64,000 nucleotides of DNA from Mobula birostris (GCF_030028105.1 NC_092374.1:90176491-90240490); one strand, 5' to 3'; counted from the stretch's first letter, positions 1 through 13,500 are shown. Notes: a model not told the origin generated them from the letters alone. Made by a program: numbers and translations.

Positions 1-180
1 CTTCCCGTTGCCTCAGGCAAAACTGCCAGCACAATCATGGACCCCTCCCACCCAAGTCATTCTCTCTTCCTCCCTCTCCCATTGGACAGAGAGTACCGAT
101 GCCTGAAATCATGCACCACCAGGTTCAAGGATAGCTTCCATCCCACTGTTATCAGATTCTTGAACCGACCTCTCATACCC
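1..180 (+). mobile_element. Rex1/Babar-type LINE 3' fragment
   Basis: Matches the 3' coding end shared by the other Rex1 copies in this window (caccaccaggttcaaggatagcttc). Confidence 0.6.
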
Positions 181-195
181 TTAAAAAAACGGGAG

Positions 196-450
196 GCACG
201 GCAGCATTATGGTTAGCGGTATTCTTTACAATGCCAGCGACCTCGGTTCAATTCCCGCTGCTGCCTGTAATATGACTGTACCTTCTCCCTGTGGCCACGT
301 GTGTTTCCTCTGGATACTCCTGTTTCCTCCCACAGTCCAAAGAACTACCAGTTGGTAGGTTAGTTGGGAAATTTTCCCGTGAATAAACTAGGATTAAATC
401 GGTGGGCGGTGCAGCTTGAAAGACAGAGGGAGCTAGTCCATGCTGTTTCT
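196..450 (+). mobile_element. tRNA-derived V-SINE (HE1-like). Further copies at about 12345-12800 (with internal GT repeat), 29560-29950, 33070-33330, 35296-35480, 44040-44230(-), 46890-47110, 54690-54890(-), 63030-63170(-)
   Basis: Degenerate A/B boxes (ggttcaattccc) followed by the V-domain motif ggtttcctcc(g)ggtgctccggtttcctcccacagtccaaagac. Confidence 0.75.
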
Positions 451-929
451 CAGTATATACTGTAAATAAAATAATCCTTTAATCTCTAAATCTACCTCAT
501 CATGGCTCTTTATCCATATGCACGACGCTTTCCTTGTAATTCTATACTTTGCATTCTGTTTACTTATTGCCTTAATGCTCTTATGGCATGCAAATGTGCA
601 TAATCTTTTCATTGTACCTTGGTAGATGTGACAAATGCTTCAACATAACGAGGAACCTTTCCAAACTCAGAGTGGGTTCTTTGCTGCTGCATCCTGGCAG
701 GCAGGATTACTACACAAATAAGACCCATCTCTGCCTCTTCCTCCACGTATGCTAATCAAACTCCCTGTAAACGACAAAATCTTCATTGTGCCAGTTTGAG
801 GGTAAAGTGTCCTTTCACTTTGGACTTTCAAAGGTTCACTTATTATTAAAATATGTATGCAGTTGTTAACTGAGATTTGTCTTCTCCAGATAGCCGTGAA
901 ACAAAGAAGGCCATGGAAGTCTTTCAAAG

Positions 930-1170
930 AACATTGACTCCACCCCTTGCAAACCCCAACACCCCAACTCCCCTCGTTCACACAAAAAAAATACTAACAG
1001 ATCACTCCATATAGAAACGGCAGCTGCAACATCAAATCCCATACCCCCATCCCCCTCTCTTGCACAAAACAACTAACAGGTCACTCCATATGGAAACGGC
1101 AACTGGAACATCAAATCCCATAGCCCCAACCCCTTCCCTTGCACAAAAACTACTAACAGATTGCTCCACA
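930..1170. repeat. About 80-bp tandem repeat, about 3 copies
   Basis: actaacag recurs at 993, 1072 and 1152 with conserved unit sequence. Confidence 0.8.
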
Positions 1171-1184
1171 CAGAAGAAAAAAAA

Positions 1185-1440
1185 CCATGAACGTTAGCAG
1201 CCTGCAGAGTGTTGTGGAACGGAGGGACCTACTTGTGGAAGAACACAGTTGGCTGAATGCAGCATCACAGGTAGACAGGGTGGTGAAGAATGCGTTTGGC
1301 ACTATGGCCTTCATCAGCCACAGTGCACTGAGTTGGGATGCTGTGTTGCAATTCTATAAGACACTGGAGAGACCGAAACTGGAGAATCATATGCTGTTTT
1401 GGTCACCCTGTTATAGTAAATATATAATTAAACTTGAAAA
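1185..1440 (+). mobile_element. CR1 LINE ORF2 3' fragment
   Basis: ORF 1187-1483 encodes QVDRVVKNAFGTMAFI...LQFYKTL.RPKLE...FWSP, as in the other CR1 copies. Confidence 0.75.
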
Positions 1441-1666
1441 AAGCCAAATTCAAAGTATGTATATGTCACCATACACTACATAGGATTCATTTTCTTGCAG
1501 TCATTTACAGAAAAACGTACAATGGAACTTACCAAAAACTATGCATAAACAGAGACTGAGAACAACCAAGGTGCAAAGTAAACTTATTAAAGTACATATA
1601 TGTCAACATATACAATGCTGAGGTTCATTTTCTTCCAGGCCTACTTAATAAATCCATAAAAAAATT

Positions 1667-4600
1667 GAGTTAAAAATGCACTTCGACTAAGATGTTAACT
1701 GTCCTGTACTATCACCAGTGGGATCATCAGTTGATCTGCCACCTGTCTTCAGGAGTTTCGGCCCGCTTATGATCAAGACTCCCCCGAGGTGGTGGGCCAG
1801 CAGGGCTAAAGCACCACCTCCCACTGGTGAGCTTAAAAACTTGGCATCTGCCTCTATCAGAGTTGTTGGTCACTTCCATCCAACAGATAGTCTGCTCTTC
1901 AGGTGTCTATGCAACTACTGAAGGGTTTGCAAGATATGTATACACTGTCTGACTATCTGCCCCTCTGGACGTACTTGGTCCACACCCATGCTGATTCTTT
2001 CTCTGCTGCCTCAGCTACAGCCCTGCTGGTTGACTTGATCTCTGTTCTAGTGAAGCCAAGGTCACGCAGCCACTTCTGGAAAGTGAACGCAATAAACCCA
2101 CGGCAGCCTACTTCAAATGGATAGCATGAGACCTTCCACCCTCTGTCTCTGCATTCTGATCTTAATTCTGCATACTTGGTTAACTTGCGCTCATGGGCTT
2201 CATCATTGTTGTCTTCCCAGGGGACTGTGAGTTCACCAATAACCACTTCTCTACTGGTGTCAGACCATACGATTATATCTGGACGCAATGTGGTGAAAGC
2301 TATTTGCTCCGGGAAACCGCCTTTCCCGTTCAGGTTGGCCTTGACACACCAATCATTGGCTGAAGAAAGTATGCTTGATCGTGAGCCTGCGCTGTACACC
2401 CTTGACTTGGAGCCTTCTTTCACAAATGATATGTGATGTTCTGTGCAGCATGGGCATGAGATACGTTGTGCTGCAGTACTCTCTGCACAACTGCTTCTGT
2501 TACAACTTCGAGAACATTGTTATGTCTCCAAGTGTACATGCTGCTGGAAAGATTGACTCTACATGCACTCAAAATATGTCGAAGTGTTCCCTTCTTGCCA
2601 CAAGCAGCACACCTGTCTGTCTTATCTTCATACCAGGTGCTGAGGTTGGCAGGTGTTGGGAGCAGATAGTACGCTGCTCTGCATAGAAAAGAAATGCAGA
2701 GCGGTTCCATCTGCCACAGAACATTCCAAGATAAATGTCGTTGTTCAACATTTTCCCATCAGGTCCAAGCCCCTTGTTTGGCCAGGCCAGCTGTTTTAGC
2801 TAAACTGTTCTCCTCTTCTACCTCTCGTACTTCTTGTGTTACAAGCTCACGGCGCTCTCTAGCTGGATAGCCCCAACCGCCTCCTTGTGCTTCAATCTAG
2901 ACTCTACCTCATCAACTGCTACACGGGCTGACCACTTCCTGCCTGATCTCACATCCGGCTGGGTGTTCTTGATGACAGGGTCTTTCGAGTCTCGAAGCAT
3001 CAAGAATGATCTTACCTTGGCAACCCTGACCTCTTCAACAAGGGATTGCACTGGGATGGTAAGCTTTGTCTGCCTACTGTGGATTGCACCTTTGGTCAGT
3101 CTGCTCAGTACTCCAAGTCACTTCTTCACATACCTGTTGATCTTCCGTTCCATTGCCTCAACGTGGGACATTGCCACTTCATAGAGAGTTAGTGGCCACA
3201 TTATCCGTGTCATCAGTCCGTACTGCAAGCACCACAACTTCAACTTGCCAGGCAAGCCATACTTGTCGACAGACATCAGACCTCTGCTGATCTGTTCTCC
3301 TGTCTCTTGAACCCTCTTGGTGTCTCTCAGCTCCTCTGTACCATCGCTCAAGGCTCTTAACTGGTTGGTCGTGAATGGATGGAATCTCCTCTCCACAAAG
3401 GATGAAATGAAAGTCAACCAGCTTTCCTCTCCTAAGAACAAGGCTCCTTGACGACTTGGTCTTAAACTTCATTCGCCCCCAATCCATTAAGCTCCTCGAG
3501 TCTAGATAGTACATTTTCCACTGCCTCCGTGCTGGGACCCAAAAGGGTGAGATCGTCCATGAACGCTTGTATTGGTGGTAACTCCCCTCCGCCATCAAGT
3601 GCGACACCTGGTCCCACTGATTCTGCAGCCCTCACAATGACCTCCATGGCTAACACAACAAGGATGGGTGATATTGCACATCCCATTGGGATTCCAGCAT
3701 CCAAGCTCTGCCACCTAGATGTAAACTGCTGAGTGGAAAACCTCATCCGGAAATCATTGTAGTACTGCATAACAAAGTTCCTTGCCTTGCAGGAATCCAT
3801 AGGAATTCCATCGCAAACTCAATCAGGATATGGGGAACAGAACCATACGCATTTGCCAGATCAAGCCAAACTACAGCCAGATTTCTTCTCAACCTTTTTG
3901 ACTCCTAGATGGTATGCCATATCATACTAGAATGTTCAAGGCATCCTGGGAAGCCTGGTATTCCTGCCTTCTGCACAGATGTATTTACTAATCCATTCTC
4001 TATCACAAATGAAGATATTCTTTCTGCCAAAATGCCAAACATAATCTTCCCCTCTATATTCAGGAGTGAAATTGGTCGGAACTGATTCAATGTAGAAGAA
4101 TTCTCTTCCTTCGGGATGTATACTCCTTCAGCCTCACTCCATGACAAAGGAACAACACCTTGTCTCCACACCACCTTTAACAATCTCCACAAGTATTTCC
4201 TCAGCTCTTCACACTTCTTGAACACCTTATACGGCACTCCATTAGGTCCTGGCACTGAGCCTGACCTTGCCTTCCTGATGAACCGTTTGACTTCTGCCAG
4301 TTTGGGTTCTGACAGATCGAACTTCACTCCTGGCTTGGTAGGCTTCACAAGCCCTGAAACGTCAACCAAAGGAGACTCCTGCTGTTTGTTAGAGTAAGTG
4401 CTTGCCAGGTGATCCGCAAGTTCTTGTTGAGAGATGTTAAGCTGCCCTCTCTTACTTTGTTCAAACAGTTTCTTTGTGAACTCGTGCGGGTTCTCAATGA
4501 ACGACTTTCTTGCCTTCTCTCTCTTCTTTCTCTTTTTACGTTGTGACTCTGCACGACGGAGTGATGCTAACTTTATTTGAAAATGCTCTCGGAGATCAGC

Positions 4601-5469
4601 AAGCCCTGGCTTGTCACCCTCACTTGCTACCTTCCACCTCTGTCTCAATGATCTAAGCTCTCTCCTCAACCTACTAATCTCCTTCTGGTGCCTGCTTGGT
4701 TGCTGTGTAGGCTTTGCTTTCTTCAACTCAACCAAACCAAACTTGTACTTTCCAGCATCGTAAATCATATCGCCCATCACTTCCAACTTTCTCTTTGATC
4801 TTCCCCTGAGAGTGTTCTCCAACATCATACTGATATCCTCATCAAACACACGCCAAGCCTTCTCATCTGCCATTGCTGGCCACTTGACCTTCCTCTTCTT
4901 CTCTACCTCCTCACCACTGCTATCATGTGAAGGATCTACCTGGGTACTGTGGTCTGAAACCTGACCTGGGTTATCTCTCGTCTGACCTGGAGTATGATGA
5001 CACTCTCCAGAGCGAATCGCTGTGGCTTGTGAATCAGTGGTTGAAAAGACAACATCATCTGTGCTTGGTGAAGTAATCTCATCTTCATCCACTGGGATAG
5101 AATAGCACCTCAACTTTGCTTGGTGGACTCGTACACCCTTAATGCTGGAAAATGCTCTCCCACACCAACACACTGGACACTCAGAGCCTCTTATCCTAAC
5201 TCTTAGTCGTAGCCGTTCCCTGTAATTAACTGTATCAGTCCGATTGGGTCAATCATTCTCCCTCCCTCTTGGAGGACCCCGTGGGTATATTTCTCCGTAT
5301 AAACTAGAAGCTTCAAGAGGTGGGTGCTCTTCTGAGCTGGTGCCCAGACTGCCATTCCTGACACCCCCGGTGCCAGTCTTTCCTGTCTGTCCACTGTCTC
5401 TCCACACTGTCACCGGACTATTCCCGGTTGCCAACCAGACTATTCCTGGTAGTCACTGGTGTCCAGAAC
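1667..5469 (-). mobile_element. Near full-length, decayed HERO-type non-LTR retrotransposon (zinc finger, RT, CCHC knuckle, restriction-like endonuclease)
   Basis: Motifs CWCGRAF..IKGVRVHQ, FRPISLLNIEGK, QKAGIPGFPGCLEH, GIPMGCAISP, AFMDDLTLL, CAACG..GTLRHILSAC, YTWRHNNVL and RPDIIVWS..IGELTVPWED..ERKLTKY. The ORF is split by frameshifts and stops. Confidence 0.88.
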
Positions 5470-6363
5470 AAAAGAGTTAAAAATACACTTGGACTAAGAT
5501 GTTAACTGTCCTGTGCTATCGCCAGTGGGATCATCAGTTGATCTGCCACCTGTCTTCAGGAGTTTCGGCCCACTTATGATCAAGACTCCCCCGAGGTGGT
5601 GGGCCAGCAGGGCTAAAGCACCACCTCCCACTGGTGAGCTTAAAAACTTGACATCTGCCTCTATCAATCACTTCCATCCAATAGATAGTCTGCTCTTCAG
5701 GTGTCTATGCAACTACTGAAGGGTTTGCAAGATATGTATACACTGTCTGACTATCTGCCCCTCTGGACGTACTTGGTCCACACCCATGCTGATTCTTTCT
5801 CTGCTGCCTCAGCTACAGCCCTGCTGGTTGACTTGATGTCTCTTCCAGTGAAGCCAAGGTCACGCAGCCACTTCTGGAAAGTGAACGCAATAAACCCACG
5901 GCAGCCTACTTCAAATGGATAGCATGAGACCTTCCACCCTCTGTCTCTGCACTCTGATCTGAACTCTGCATACTTGGTTAACTTGCGCTCATGGGCTTCA
6001 TCGGTGTTGTCTTCCCAGGGGACTGTGAGTTCACCAATAACCACTTCTCTACTGCTGTCGGACCATACGATTGTATCTGGACGCAATGTTGTGAAAGCTA
6101 TTTGCTCCGGGAAGCTGCCTTTCCCATCCAGGTCAGCCTTGACACACCAATCATTGGCTGAAGAAAGTATGCTTGATCGTGGGCCTGCGCTGTACACCCT
6201 TGACTTGGAGCCTTCTTTCACAAATGATATGTGATGTTCTGTGCAGCATGGGGCATGAGATAAGTTGTGCTGCAGTACTCTCTGCTCATCCGCTTCTGTC
6301 ACAACTTTGAGAACGTTGTTATGTCTCCAAGTGTACATGCCGCTGGAAAGATTGACTCTACAG
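5470..6363 (-). mobile_element. 5'-truncated second HERO copy (endonuclease domain plus 3' UTR) abutting the 5' end of copy 1
   Basis: About 94% similar by eye to 1667-2570, with the same 3' terminus (gagttaaaaat.cactt.gactaagatg on the plus strand); ORF 5751-6338. Confidence 0.9.
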
Positions 6364-7030
6364 CATAATAATCACCATAATTGAATTTATGGAAGACTGC
6401 ACTAACTTGGGCATTCAACCAGCATGCAAATACAAAAAGAAAGAAAGAATAATAAAAATAAATATGTGTAAATACTGAGAACATGAGATGAACTGTCCTT
6501 GAAAGTGAGTTCATTGATTGAAGGAACATTTCAGTGATGGGGCAAGTGAAGTTGAGTGAAGTTATCCCCTTTGGTTCAAGAGCCTGATGCTTGAGGGGTA
6601 ATAACTGCTCCTGAGCCTGGTGGTGTGAGTCCTGAGGCTCCTGATGGCAGTAAGGAGAAGACCTGGGTGTGGGGGTCATTGATAATGATGACGTGTAGGT
6701 GTGCTCAATGGTGGGGAGGGCTTTGGACTGGGCTGTATCCACTGCTTTTTTGTAAGATTTTCCGTTCAAGGGCAGTGGTGTTTCCATATCAGGCTGTGAT
6801 GTAATTAATGCGCAAAAGAAGACAAATTGTGCATATTAAAAATAAATTAATTAATAATACTGAGCGCATGAGTTGTAAATTCCTTGAAAGTGAGCCTGTA
6901 AGTTGTGAAATCAGTTCAAAGTTGTGGTGAATGAAGTTATCCACGCTGGTTCTGAAGCCTGATGGTTGTAGGGCAATACTGTTCCTGAGCCAGGTGCTGT
7001 GGGATCTAAGGTTCCTGTCGCTTCTTTCCA
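6364..7030 (-). mobile_element. Rex1-type 3' UTR fragments; the first continues at about 1590-1666 and hosts the HERO insertion
   Basis: Reverse complement of the tail seen on the plus strand at 15084-15170 and 19535-19715. Confidence 0.65.
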
Positions 7031-7369
7031 ATGGTAACAGTGAGAAGAGGGCATGGCCTGGATGATGGGAGTCTTGAAGGTGGAGGGGAATTAAAAACTA
7101 GAAGGTGTAGGTTTAAAGTGGGAGGGGAACATTTAAAAAAGATATTCTTTACCCAATGGGTGGTCAATAAATGGAACGAGCTGCCAGAGGAAGTGGTTAA
7201 AACAGGTACATTAGGGGCATTTAAAAGACACTTGAACAGGTATTTGGATGGGAAAGGGTATGTCCCAAACTCAGTCAAATGGGACTGTCTTAGTTGGACA
7301 TTTTGGTCGGCACGGACCAGCTGGACCAAAACGCCTGTTTCATTCCGTGTGATTCAATGGCTCAATTAA

Positions 7370-7995
7370 ATCACCGGAAGTGGACCCAAGTGCATCTTCA
7401 AGTCCTGGGCATCAGCATCTCAAAGGATCTACCCTGGGCCCACCACACTGATGCAATCACAAAGAAAGCACGCCAGCAGCTCGACTTTATTAAGGCTTTG
7501 AGGAGATTTGATATGTCCCCAAATATTCTAGCAAAACTTCTACAGATGTACAGTGGAGAGCAATCTGACTGGTTGCATCACAGTCTGGCATGAAGGTGGG
7601 ATTCAAAGAGGCTGCAGAGGGTTATAGATCAGCCAGCTCCTTATGGGCACATCTTCCAATGGCAGTTCCTTAAGAAGGTGGCGTCCATCATTAAAAGCTC
7701 CCACCATCAGGGGACATACCCTCTTTTCATTGCTACCAACCCGGAGGACATACAGGAGCCAAAAACCTGCACTGAATGTTCAGAAGCAGCCTCTTCCCCT
7801 CTGCCATCTAAACATTAGGGTTTAAACATCCGTGAAACCCTAATCGTCCGTGAACCCATGAACACTGCCTTACTATTCCTCTTTTGCACTATTATAGTAA
7901 TTAAAATTAATATAGTAATGTTTTTATGTGTTACACTGTACTGCTGCCATTAAGTAACATCTTTTATGATTTATATCAGTGAAACTAAACCTGAT
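7370..7995 (+). mobile_element. Rex1/Babar LINE 3' fragment
   Basis: Encodes VLGISISKDLPWAHHTDAITKKARQQL.F...LRRF and ends in ...aaacctgattctgatt. Confidence 0.7.
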
Positions 7996-8489
7996 TCTGA
8001 TTGCAAGATTTTAATCTGGGGATTTAAATGCAGCAACGTATCAATACCAAGGTGAAATATCAAAAATATAACTACAGATGCTGGAAATCTGAAATAAAAG
8101 TTAAAAACCCTGGAAATACTCAGCAGGTCAGGCAGCATCTGTAAGGATGAAGGGTTGTCCTGAAGTATTTTCATGGAATTGCTTTCCTAGAGGTGCTACT
8201 TGACCTGTTGAGTCTTGGCAGCAGTTACTGTTTTCAGTATTGGTTGTTTTTTTTTGTCAGGGGTAGGAGTCATTTTGTTCCATTTCCCTGTAATTATTTC
8301 TGCAGTGTGTGTTCCAGGAAGGGAAGTGTTTGCATAAATGATGACATTCACATAGTGCCCCATTTGTGCAGAAGTGGTGTGGAAAGAGAAGGAATTCCAA
8401 TGTCTACATATAGTACATCAGTTCCTCAACCCAATGCCGCTCTCTGCTCAGCACTCATATTCCAAACATCCAACACATCCCATCCCACT

Positions 8490-11400
8490 CTCCATGCTCC
8501 TCACATAATAGTTCACACCCTGCAGTCCAATCCTACTGTCCCCTCATTACCCCATCCTTTAACACCCACCTCCACCACTGTCACCGGCAGTGCATTCCAC
8601 ACATCCACCACTCTGTGTGTGAAAAACTTACCCCTGACATCCCCTCTGTACCTGCTTCCAAGCACCTCAAAACTATCCTTCATGTTAGCCATTTCAGCCC
8701 TGGGAAAAAGCCTATGGCTTTCCACACGATCAATGCCTCTTATCTATCAGGTCACCTCTCATCCTCCATCACTCCAAGGAGAAAAGGCCGAGTTCACTCA
8801 ACCTATTCTCATAAGGCATGCTCCCTAATCCAGGCAACATCCTTGTAAATCTCCTCTGCACCTTTTCTATATTCTCATATTCCACATCCTTCCTGAAATG
8901 AGATGACCAGAAATGAAAACAATACTCCAAGTGGGGTCTGACTAAGGTCTTATTTAGCTGTAACATTACCTCATGCCTCTTGAACTCAGTTCCACAGTTA
9001 ACGAATGCCAACACATCATACGCCTTCTTAACAACACTGGCAACATGTGCAGCAGCTTTGAGTGTCTTATGGACACGGACCCCAAGGTCTCTCTGATCCT
9101 CTACATTGCCAAGAGTCTTACCATTAATACTATATTTTGTCTTCAAATTTGACCTACCAAAATGAACCACTTCACACTTAACTGTGTTGAACTCCATCTG
9201 CCACTTCTCAGTCCAGTTCTGTATCCTATCCATGTCCCACTGTAACCTTTGACTATCGACAATACCCCCAACCTCCGTGTCATTATCAAACTTACTAACC
9301 CACCCTCTTACTTCTTCATGCAGGTCATTTATGAAAATCACAGAGAAGAGGGGATCCCAGAACAGATCCCTATGGAACACCACTGATCACTGACCTCCAT
9401 GTAGAATATGAACCATCTACAACTACCCTTTGCCTTGTGTGGGCAAGCCAGTTCTGGATCCACAAAGCAAGGTCTCCTTGGATTCCCATGCCTCATTACT
9501 TTCTGAGTGAGCCTTGCATGGGAAACCTTATCAAATGCCTTACTGAAACCCATATACACTACATCCACTGCTCTACCTTCATCAATGTGTTTTGTTATAC
9601 CCTCAAAGAATTCAATCAGACTCATAAGGCGCAACCTGCCATTAACAAAACCATGCTGACAATCCCTAATCAGATTATGTCTCTCCAAATGCTCATAAGT
9701 CCTGCCTCTCAAGTTCTTCTCCAGCAATTTACCCACCACTGAAGTCAGACTCACTGGTCTATAATTTTCTGGGTTATTTCTACTCCCTTTCATGAACAAG
9801 GGAACAATGTTTGCAACCCTCCAATCCTCCAGTACTTCTCCCATCTCTATTGATGATACAAAGATGATTGCCAGAGGCTCAGCAATCTCTTCCCTCACTT
9901 CCCACAGTAGCCTGCGGTACATCCCGTTTGGTCCCAGCGACTTATCTAATGAAATCATTTTCAAAAGCTCCACCACATTCTTTTTCTTGATGTTTATATG
10001 CACAAGCACTTCAGTTCACTGTAAGTCATCCCCACAATTGCCAAGGTTCTTTTGTCTGGTGAATACCGAAGCAAAATATTCATTAATTACCTCCGCTACC
10101 TCTTCCAATTCCATGCACACGTTTCCACTATCACAGCTAATTGGTCCTATTCTCACACAGCTTATCCTCTTGCTCTTCACATACTTGTAGAATGCCTTGG
10201 GGTGTTCCTTAACCTTGCTCACCAAGGCCTTCTCATGGTCCCTTGCAGCTGTCCTAATTACATTCTTAAGCTCCTTCCAGGCAACCTTGTAATTTTCTAG
10301 TACTCTATCAGTACCCAGTTTCTTGAACTTTTCATAAGCTCTTCTTCTTAACTAGATTTTCCACATCTTTTGTAAACCATGTTCTCAATAGAACATACCT
10401 ATGCAGAACATTTGCCATATTTCTGCTGTGCATTTCCCTGAGAACGTCTGCTTCCAATTTATTCTCCCAAGTTCCTGCCTAATAGCATTATATTTCCTCC
10501 TACACCAATTAAAAGTTTTCCCAAACTGTCTCCAGCGGTATGGTAAAGGAGATAGAGTTGTGATCACTACCTCCAAAATGCTCTTGCACCGAGAGATCTG
10601 ACACCTGACCAGGTTAATTTCCCAATACCAGATCAAGAACAGCCTGCCCTTCAGTTGGCTTATCTGCATATTGTGTCAGGAAACCTTCCTGAACACACCT
10701 AACAAACACCACCCCATCTAAACCCCTTGCTCTAAGGAGATGCCAATCACTATTAGGAAAGTTAAAATCTCCCATTACAACAACCCTATTATTATTGCAC
10801 CATTCCAGAATCTGCCTCCCTATCTGCTCCTCGATGTCCCTGTTACTTCTTCTACCTACGTCGTTGGTACGAATATGTATCACGACCTTTGGCTGCTCAG
10901 CCTCCCATTTCACGATATTGTTGACATGTTCAGAAACATCATGAACCCTGTCATCTGGGAGGCAAACTACTATCCAAGTTTCTTTTTTGTGCCCACAGAA
11001 TTGTCTATCTGCACCTCTAACTATAGACTCCCCTATTACTGTCGCCATCCTCTTCCATTCCCAACCCTTCCGAGTCACAGGGCCAGACTCAGTAGCATGG
11101 CCACTGTTGCTTCCCCCAAGTAGGTTGTCACCCCAAAGTACTCAAACTGGAGTACTTATTGTTAAGGGGGACGGCCACAGGTAATCTCTCCACAACCTGA
11201 TGCTCTCCCTTCCCTCTCCTGACAGTCACTCACTTACCTGTCTCCCGTGTTCCCGTTGAGACTACCTGCCTGTAGCTCCTATCGATCACTTCCTCACTTT
11301 CCCTAACAAGCCAAAGATCATTGATCTGCAGCCCCATATCCTGAACTCTGTCTCTAAGGAGCTGCAGTTCAATGCGCCTGGTGCAGATGTAGCTATCAGG

Positions 11401-11770
11401 GAGGATGCAGAGTTTCCCGGATATCCCACATCAGAGCAGAAAACCGGCCTTGCAGTCATACACACTATTTTTAAGTTAGAGGGAAAAAGAGATATGAAAC
11501 TTACCTCCTTACCTCGCTCAGGTCCATCCTCGCTAAAGTCCCAATGAGCCAAAGCCCTACTAGTCTGACTCACGTTACTCCGACAACCACTCCTTCAATG
11601 ACAGCTCTGCTAGGCCATGTCTCCCTTTTATCCCAGAACCTTCTCAGTGGCCTTGCACGACGAGGAGCTACTGTGTCTGTGCTCTTTTCCCAATTGAATC
11701 ACCAGCTGAAAGGATCTCCTCGCTTATTAAATTCAAGCCGGCTTTTCCCACTGACGTTGGGTGAGACTAG
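8490..11770 (-). mobile_element. Decayed CR1 (HER1-like) LINE with an internal deletion
   Basis: ORFs 9338-10009 (NYRPVSLTSVVGK, QHGF), 8769-9383 (SKFDNDT, KWQMEFN) and an ORF1 esterase piece (VIHIRTNDVG). Confidence 0.9.
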
Positions 11771-12879
11771 AACCAGAAGTCATAAGGGCGAAAGGTGAAA
11801 TGAGGGGGAACTTCTTCACTGTGATTCTGGAATGAGCTGCCGGAGCAAGTAGTAGATGTGAGTTCTTGGTTAGGTACATGGATGGGAAGGTTATGGAGGG
11901 CTATGGTCCAGGTGAAGGTCGATAAGACTAGGCAGAATAATGGTTCGGCAAGGATTAGATGGGCCAAAGGACCCATTCTGTCCTGTAGTGATCAAGGATT
12001 TTATAGATTGTGACACAGAATAAGCCCATTTAGATGATATGGCACATTATGTGTACCTTGCCATTGCTCTCAATCTCATTCTCAACTCCTCGCCCTCCTC
12101 ACTCTGCCTCCTTGCCCTCCTTCTGCCACTCCCTGCACTGCCTCCTACATACAATAACACATACAAAATTCTGGAGGAATTCCTGCGTGGAAGATGAATG
12201 TCTGGGAGTGGCTGACAACTGACTTACTGAAACAATAACAAGAAGCAGAGGATCATGTTAAAACAGGTTTGTGCATGTGTCACATTTATTTATAGAAGTG
12301 GGAAGCAGAACTTCTTCTTCATTGTCACGTCATCAGATCTATTTACAAACTGGGGCACACAGTGGCTCGGTGGGCAGAGCCTCCACTTCACAGCTCCTGA
12401 GACCCAGGTTCAATTCCAGGACGTGCTTGTGTGAGTGTGTCTGTGTGCGCACGAGTGTGTGAGTGGGGGGAATAGTGGAGTACGCGTGTGCTCATATGTG
12501 TGTGTGCGTGCAAGTGTGTGTTTACGTGTGTGTTTGTGTGTATAGTTTGTGAGTGTGTGTGTAGTTTGTGCTTGCGTGCATAGTTTGTATGTGTCGTTTG
12601 TGTGTGTAGTTTGCACTTTCTCCCAGTGACCACATGGCTTCCTCCCATGTCCCACACACGGACATGCAGGGGAAGTGAGTTAATTGAGTAAACTGCCCTC
12701 CCTGAGTGGGTAGTTGTAGAATCAGGGGTGCAGAGAAGTTGAGGGGAATGTGGGGAGAAAACCAAGTGGTATCAGTATGAGAGGGCTGTTGAAGGTCAGT
12801 TCAGATTTGTTGGCTGACTGGCCTGTTTCCTTGCGGTATGGCTGAGATGATGGGTCAAGAGTCCTGATTAGCAGGAGAT

Positions 12880-13500
12880 GCTAGACCATGAGACCATAAG
12901 ATATGTGAGCAGAGTTAGGCCCTTTGGCCCATCAAGTCTGCTTCACCATTTCATCATGGCTGATTCATATTCCCTCTCCTGCCTTCTCCCAGTAACCCTT
13001 CATGCCCTGACTAATCAGGAGACTATCAAATTCTCTCTTAAATATACCAAATGACTTGGCCTCCACAGCCATCTGTGGCAGTGAATTCCACTAACTCACC
13101 ATTCTGTCTCAAAAGAGCTCCTCCTTATCTTCATTCTAAATGGACATCCCTCTATTCTGAAGCAGTGTGTACTCTGGTGTTAGATTCCCCCATTACAGGA
13201 AACATTCTCTCCACATCCACTCTGTCGAGGCCTTTCAACATTCCATAGGTTTCAATGAGGTTCCCTACTTATTCTTCAGTGAGTACAGGCTCTGAGCCAT
13301 CAAATGCTCCTCAGGAGATAAGCCTTGCAAACCCCGATTAATTTTTGTGAACCTCCTTTGAACCCTCTCCAATGTCAGCACATCTTATCTTAAATAACGG
13401 GCCCAAAACTGCTTACAATACTCCAAGTGAAATCTCACCAGTGCTCAGCATCCCGTCCTGTTTTTATATTTTAGTCCTCTTGAAATGAATGCTAACATTG
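12880..13500 (-). mobile_element. CR1 3' fragment
   Basis: Reverse complement of the CR1 ORF2 end and tail (gggcctttggcccatc...). Confidence 0.6.

Noticed and set aside
667-764. Orphan acceptor (ttttgtcgtttacag) plus a short frame GSLISIRGGRGRDGSYLCSNPACQDAAAKNPL* on the minus strand
   Set aside because: There is no recognisable domain or partner exon, and the receptor already has a terminal exon. It cannot be supported from this window.
3905-5173. 422-aa ORF as a host gene
   Set aside because: It is the zinc finger plus N-terminal RT part of the decayed HERO element.
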